Shown here piece after piece: positions 62,929 through 64,000 of a DNA stretch of 64,000 nucleotides (the first letter of the stretch is position 1; each line of letters opens with the position of its first letter). Source of the DNA: Lama glama (Eukaryota); contig CM052816.1 of the NCBI GenBank assembly GCA_028534125.1, positions 92,258,001 through 92,322,000 on the forward strand, written 5' to 3'. The translations under genes were made by a program, and so were the position numbers. The notes under the pieces are model-generated. The model saw only the letters and a list, made by a program, of their open reading frames with translations, made no database searches and was not told the DNA's origin.

Positions 62929-63314
62929 TGTAATGGTTAAGTTGGAGGGCATTTTTGGATGAGATTAACATTTAAATTGGTAAACTTTGAGTAAAGCAGA
63001 TTGCCCTCAATAATGTGGTGGGCCTCATCCAATCAGTTGATGGCCTGAATAGAAGAAAAAGACTGGCCTCTCTGAGCGAGAAGGAACTCTCTAGCAGAAT
63101 GCCTTCAGGAGTCATCTCCATCATTGGCTCTCCTTAGTCTCCAGCCTTCGGACTGCAGCTGCATCATCTGTTCTCCTGGATCTCAGGCTGCCAGGCCATA
63201 ATGCAGATTTTGGATCTGTCAGCCTTTATAATTATATGAGCTCATTCCTATCACAGATCTCTCTCTGTCTCTCTCTCTCTCCATTCTATCAACTGTATTC
63301 CTCCAACTAATACA
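62929..63314 (+). mobile_element. MLT2B/D-type ERVL 5' LTR
   Basis: tgtaatggttaa...ttggatgagattaacatttaaattggtaaactttgagtaaagcagattgccctcaataatgtggtgggcctcatccaatcagttgatggcctgaatagaa...actaataca, followed by aattttggtaccag. Confidence 0.9.
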
Positions 63315-63334
63315 AATTTTGGTACCAGAATCAG

Positions 63335-64000
63335 AGTGATAAGCCAGCCACTGGTGGCAAGTTGGTTACATTGGACCGATTCCACCATGGAAGGGGCAGC
63401 ATTTTTTTCTTAGTGAAATAGACACTTTCTCTGGATATGGATTTGTCATCCTGGCATGCATTGCTTCTGCCAATACTACCATACATGAACTTACACAGTG
63501 CTTTATCCGCCAGTGTGATATCCACACAGCATCGCTTCTGATCGAGGAACTCACTTCACAGCAAATGAAGTGAGGTAATGGGCTCATGCTTGTAGAATTC
63601 ACTGGTCTTACCATGTTCCCCATCATCCTGAAGCAGATGGCTTAATAGAATGGTGGGATGGCCTTTTGAAGGCTCAGTTACAAGAGAAAACAAATTAGTG
63701 GTTACTAGTGGAGAGAGGGAATGGGGAGGGTCAGGAAAGGGGGAGGGGATTAAGGGGTACAAACTTCTGTGTATAAAGTAAATAAGCTACAGGGATATGT
63801 TGTGCAGTACAGGGAATATAGCCAATATTTTATAAAAACTTTAAGTGGAGTATAATCATTTAAAAATTTGAATTACTATGTTGTATACCTGAAATTAATA
63901 TCATAAATCAACTGTATCTCAATTTAAAAAAATACCTAGTTACAGTGCCAGCTAGTTGGCAACACCTTGCAGGGCTGGGGCAAGGTTCTCCAGGAGGCTG
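63335..64000 (+). pseudogene. Degraded ERVL pol integrase domain, interrupted by an L1
   Basis: Translates with frameshifts/stops to W-QVGYIGP-P-WKGQ...IDTFSGYGF...SIASDRGTHFTANEV..WAHA..IHWSYHVPHHPEA.GLIE.W.GLLK.QLQCQLVGNTLQGWGKVLQEA, the ERVL integrase core. Confidence 0.9.
63683..63932 (+). mobile_element. L1 3'-UTR fragment inserted in the ERVL integrase
   Basis: TSD core agttaca at 63676-63682 and 63938-63944; the integrase frame resumes after it. Confidence 0.9.

Noticed and set aside
1..64000. Prokaryote-type systems (CRISPR, operons, defence islands) or a named host gene
   Set aside because: The sequence is repeat-rich mammalian DNA; no such structures are present, and I could not match any peptide to a gene I recognise.

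Overview
Mammalian genomic DNA, very probably from a camelid (camel/llama/alpaca). This rests on three copies of a tRNA-derived SINE of the Vic-1 type and many young L1 3'-UTR insertions. Much of the window is interspersed repeat: L1 of several ages, L2, MIR, MaLR/ERVL/ERV1 LTRs, an internally deleted ERVL provirus, and MER82/MER94/MER5 DNA transposons. Repeat names are recognised from memory, not from a database search. No intact long ORF, RNA gene, CRISPR array or full CpG island is visible, and the ORF track is mostly repeat-derived noise. The window looks like the interior of a large, probably minus-strand gene. Several short minus-strand segments have canonical AG/GT splice sites and open, partly phase-compatible frames, but I cannot recognise the protein and they may be pseudo-exons. 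The best-supported unusual structures are retrotransposition scars: two L1 3' transductions, a twin-primed (5'-inverted) old L1, repeated insertions into an earlier insertion's tail or TSD, and a polyadenylated LTR-like fragment retroposed by L1 machinery. There is also a strong CTCF site, homeodomain-motif clusters and a near-perfect AT-rich hairpin. I found no convincing evidence of a new multi-gene biological system.
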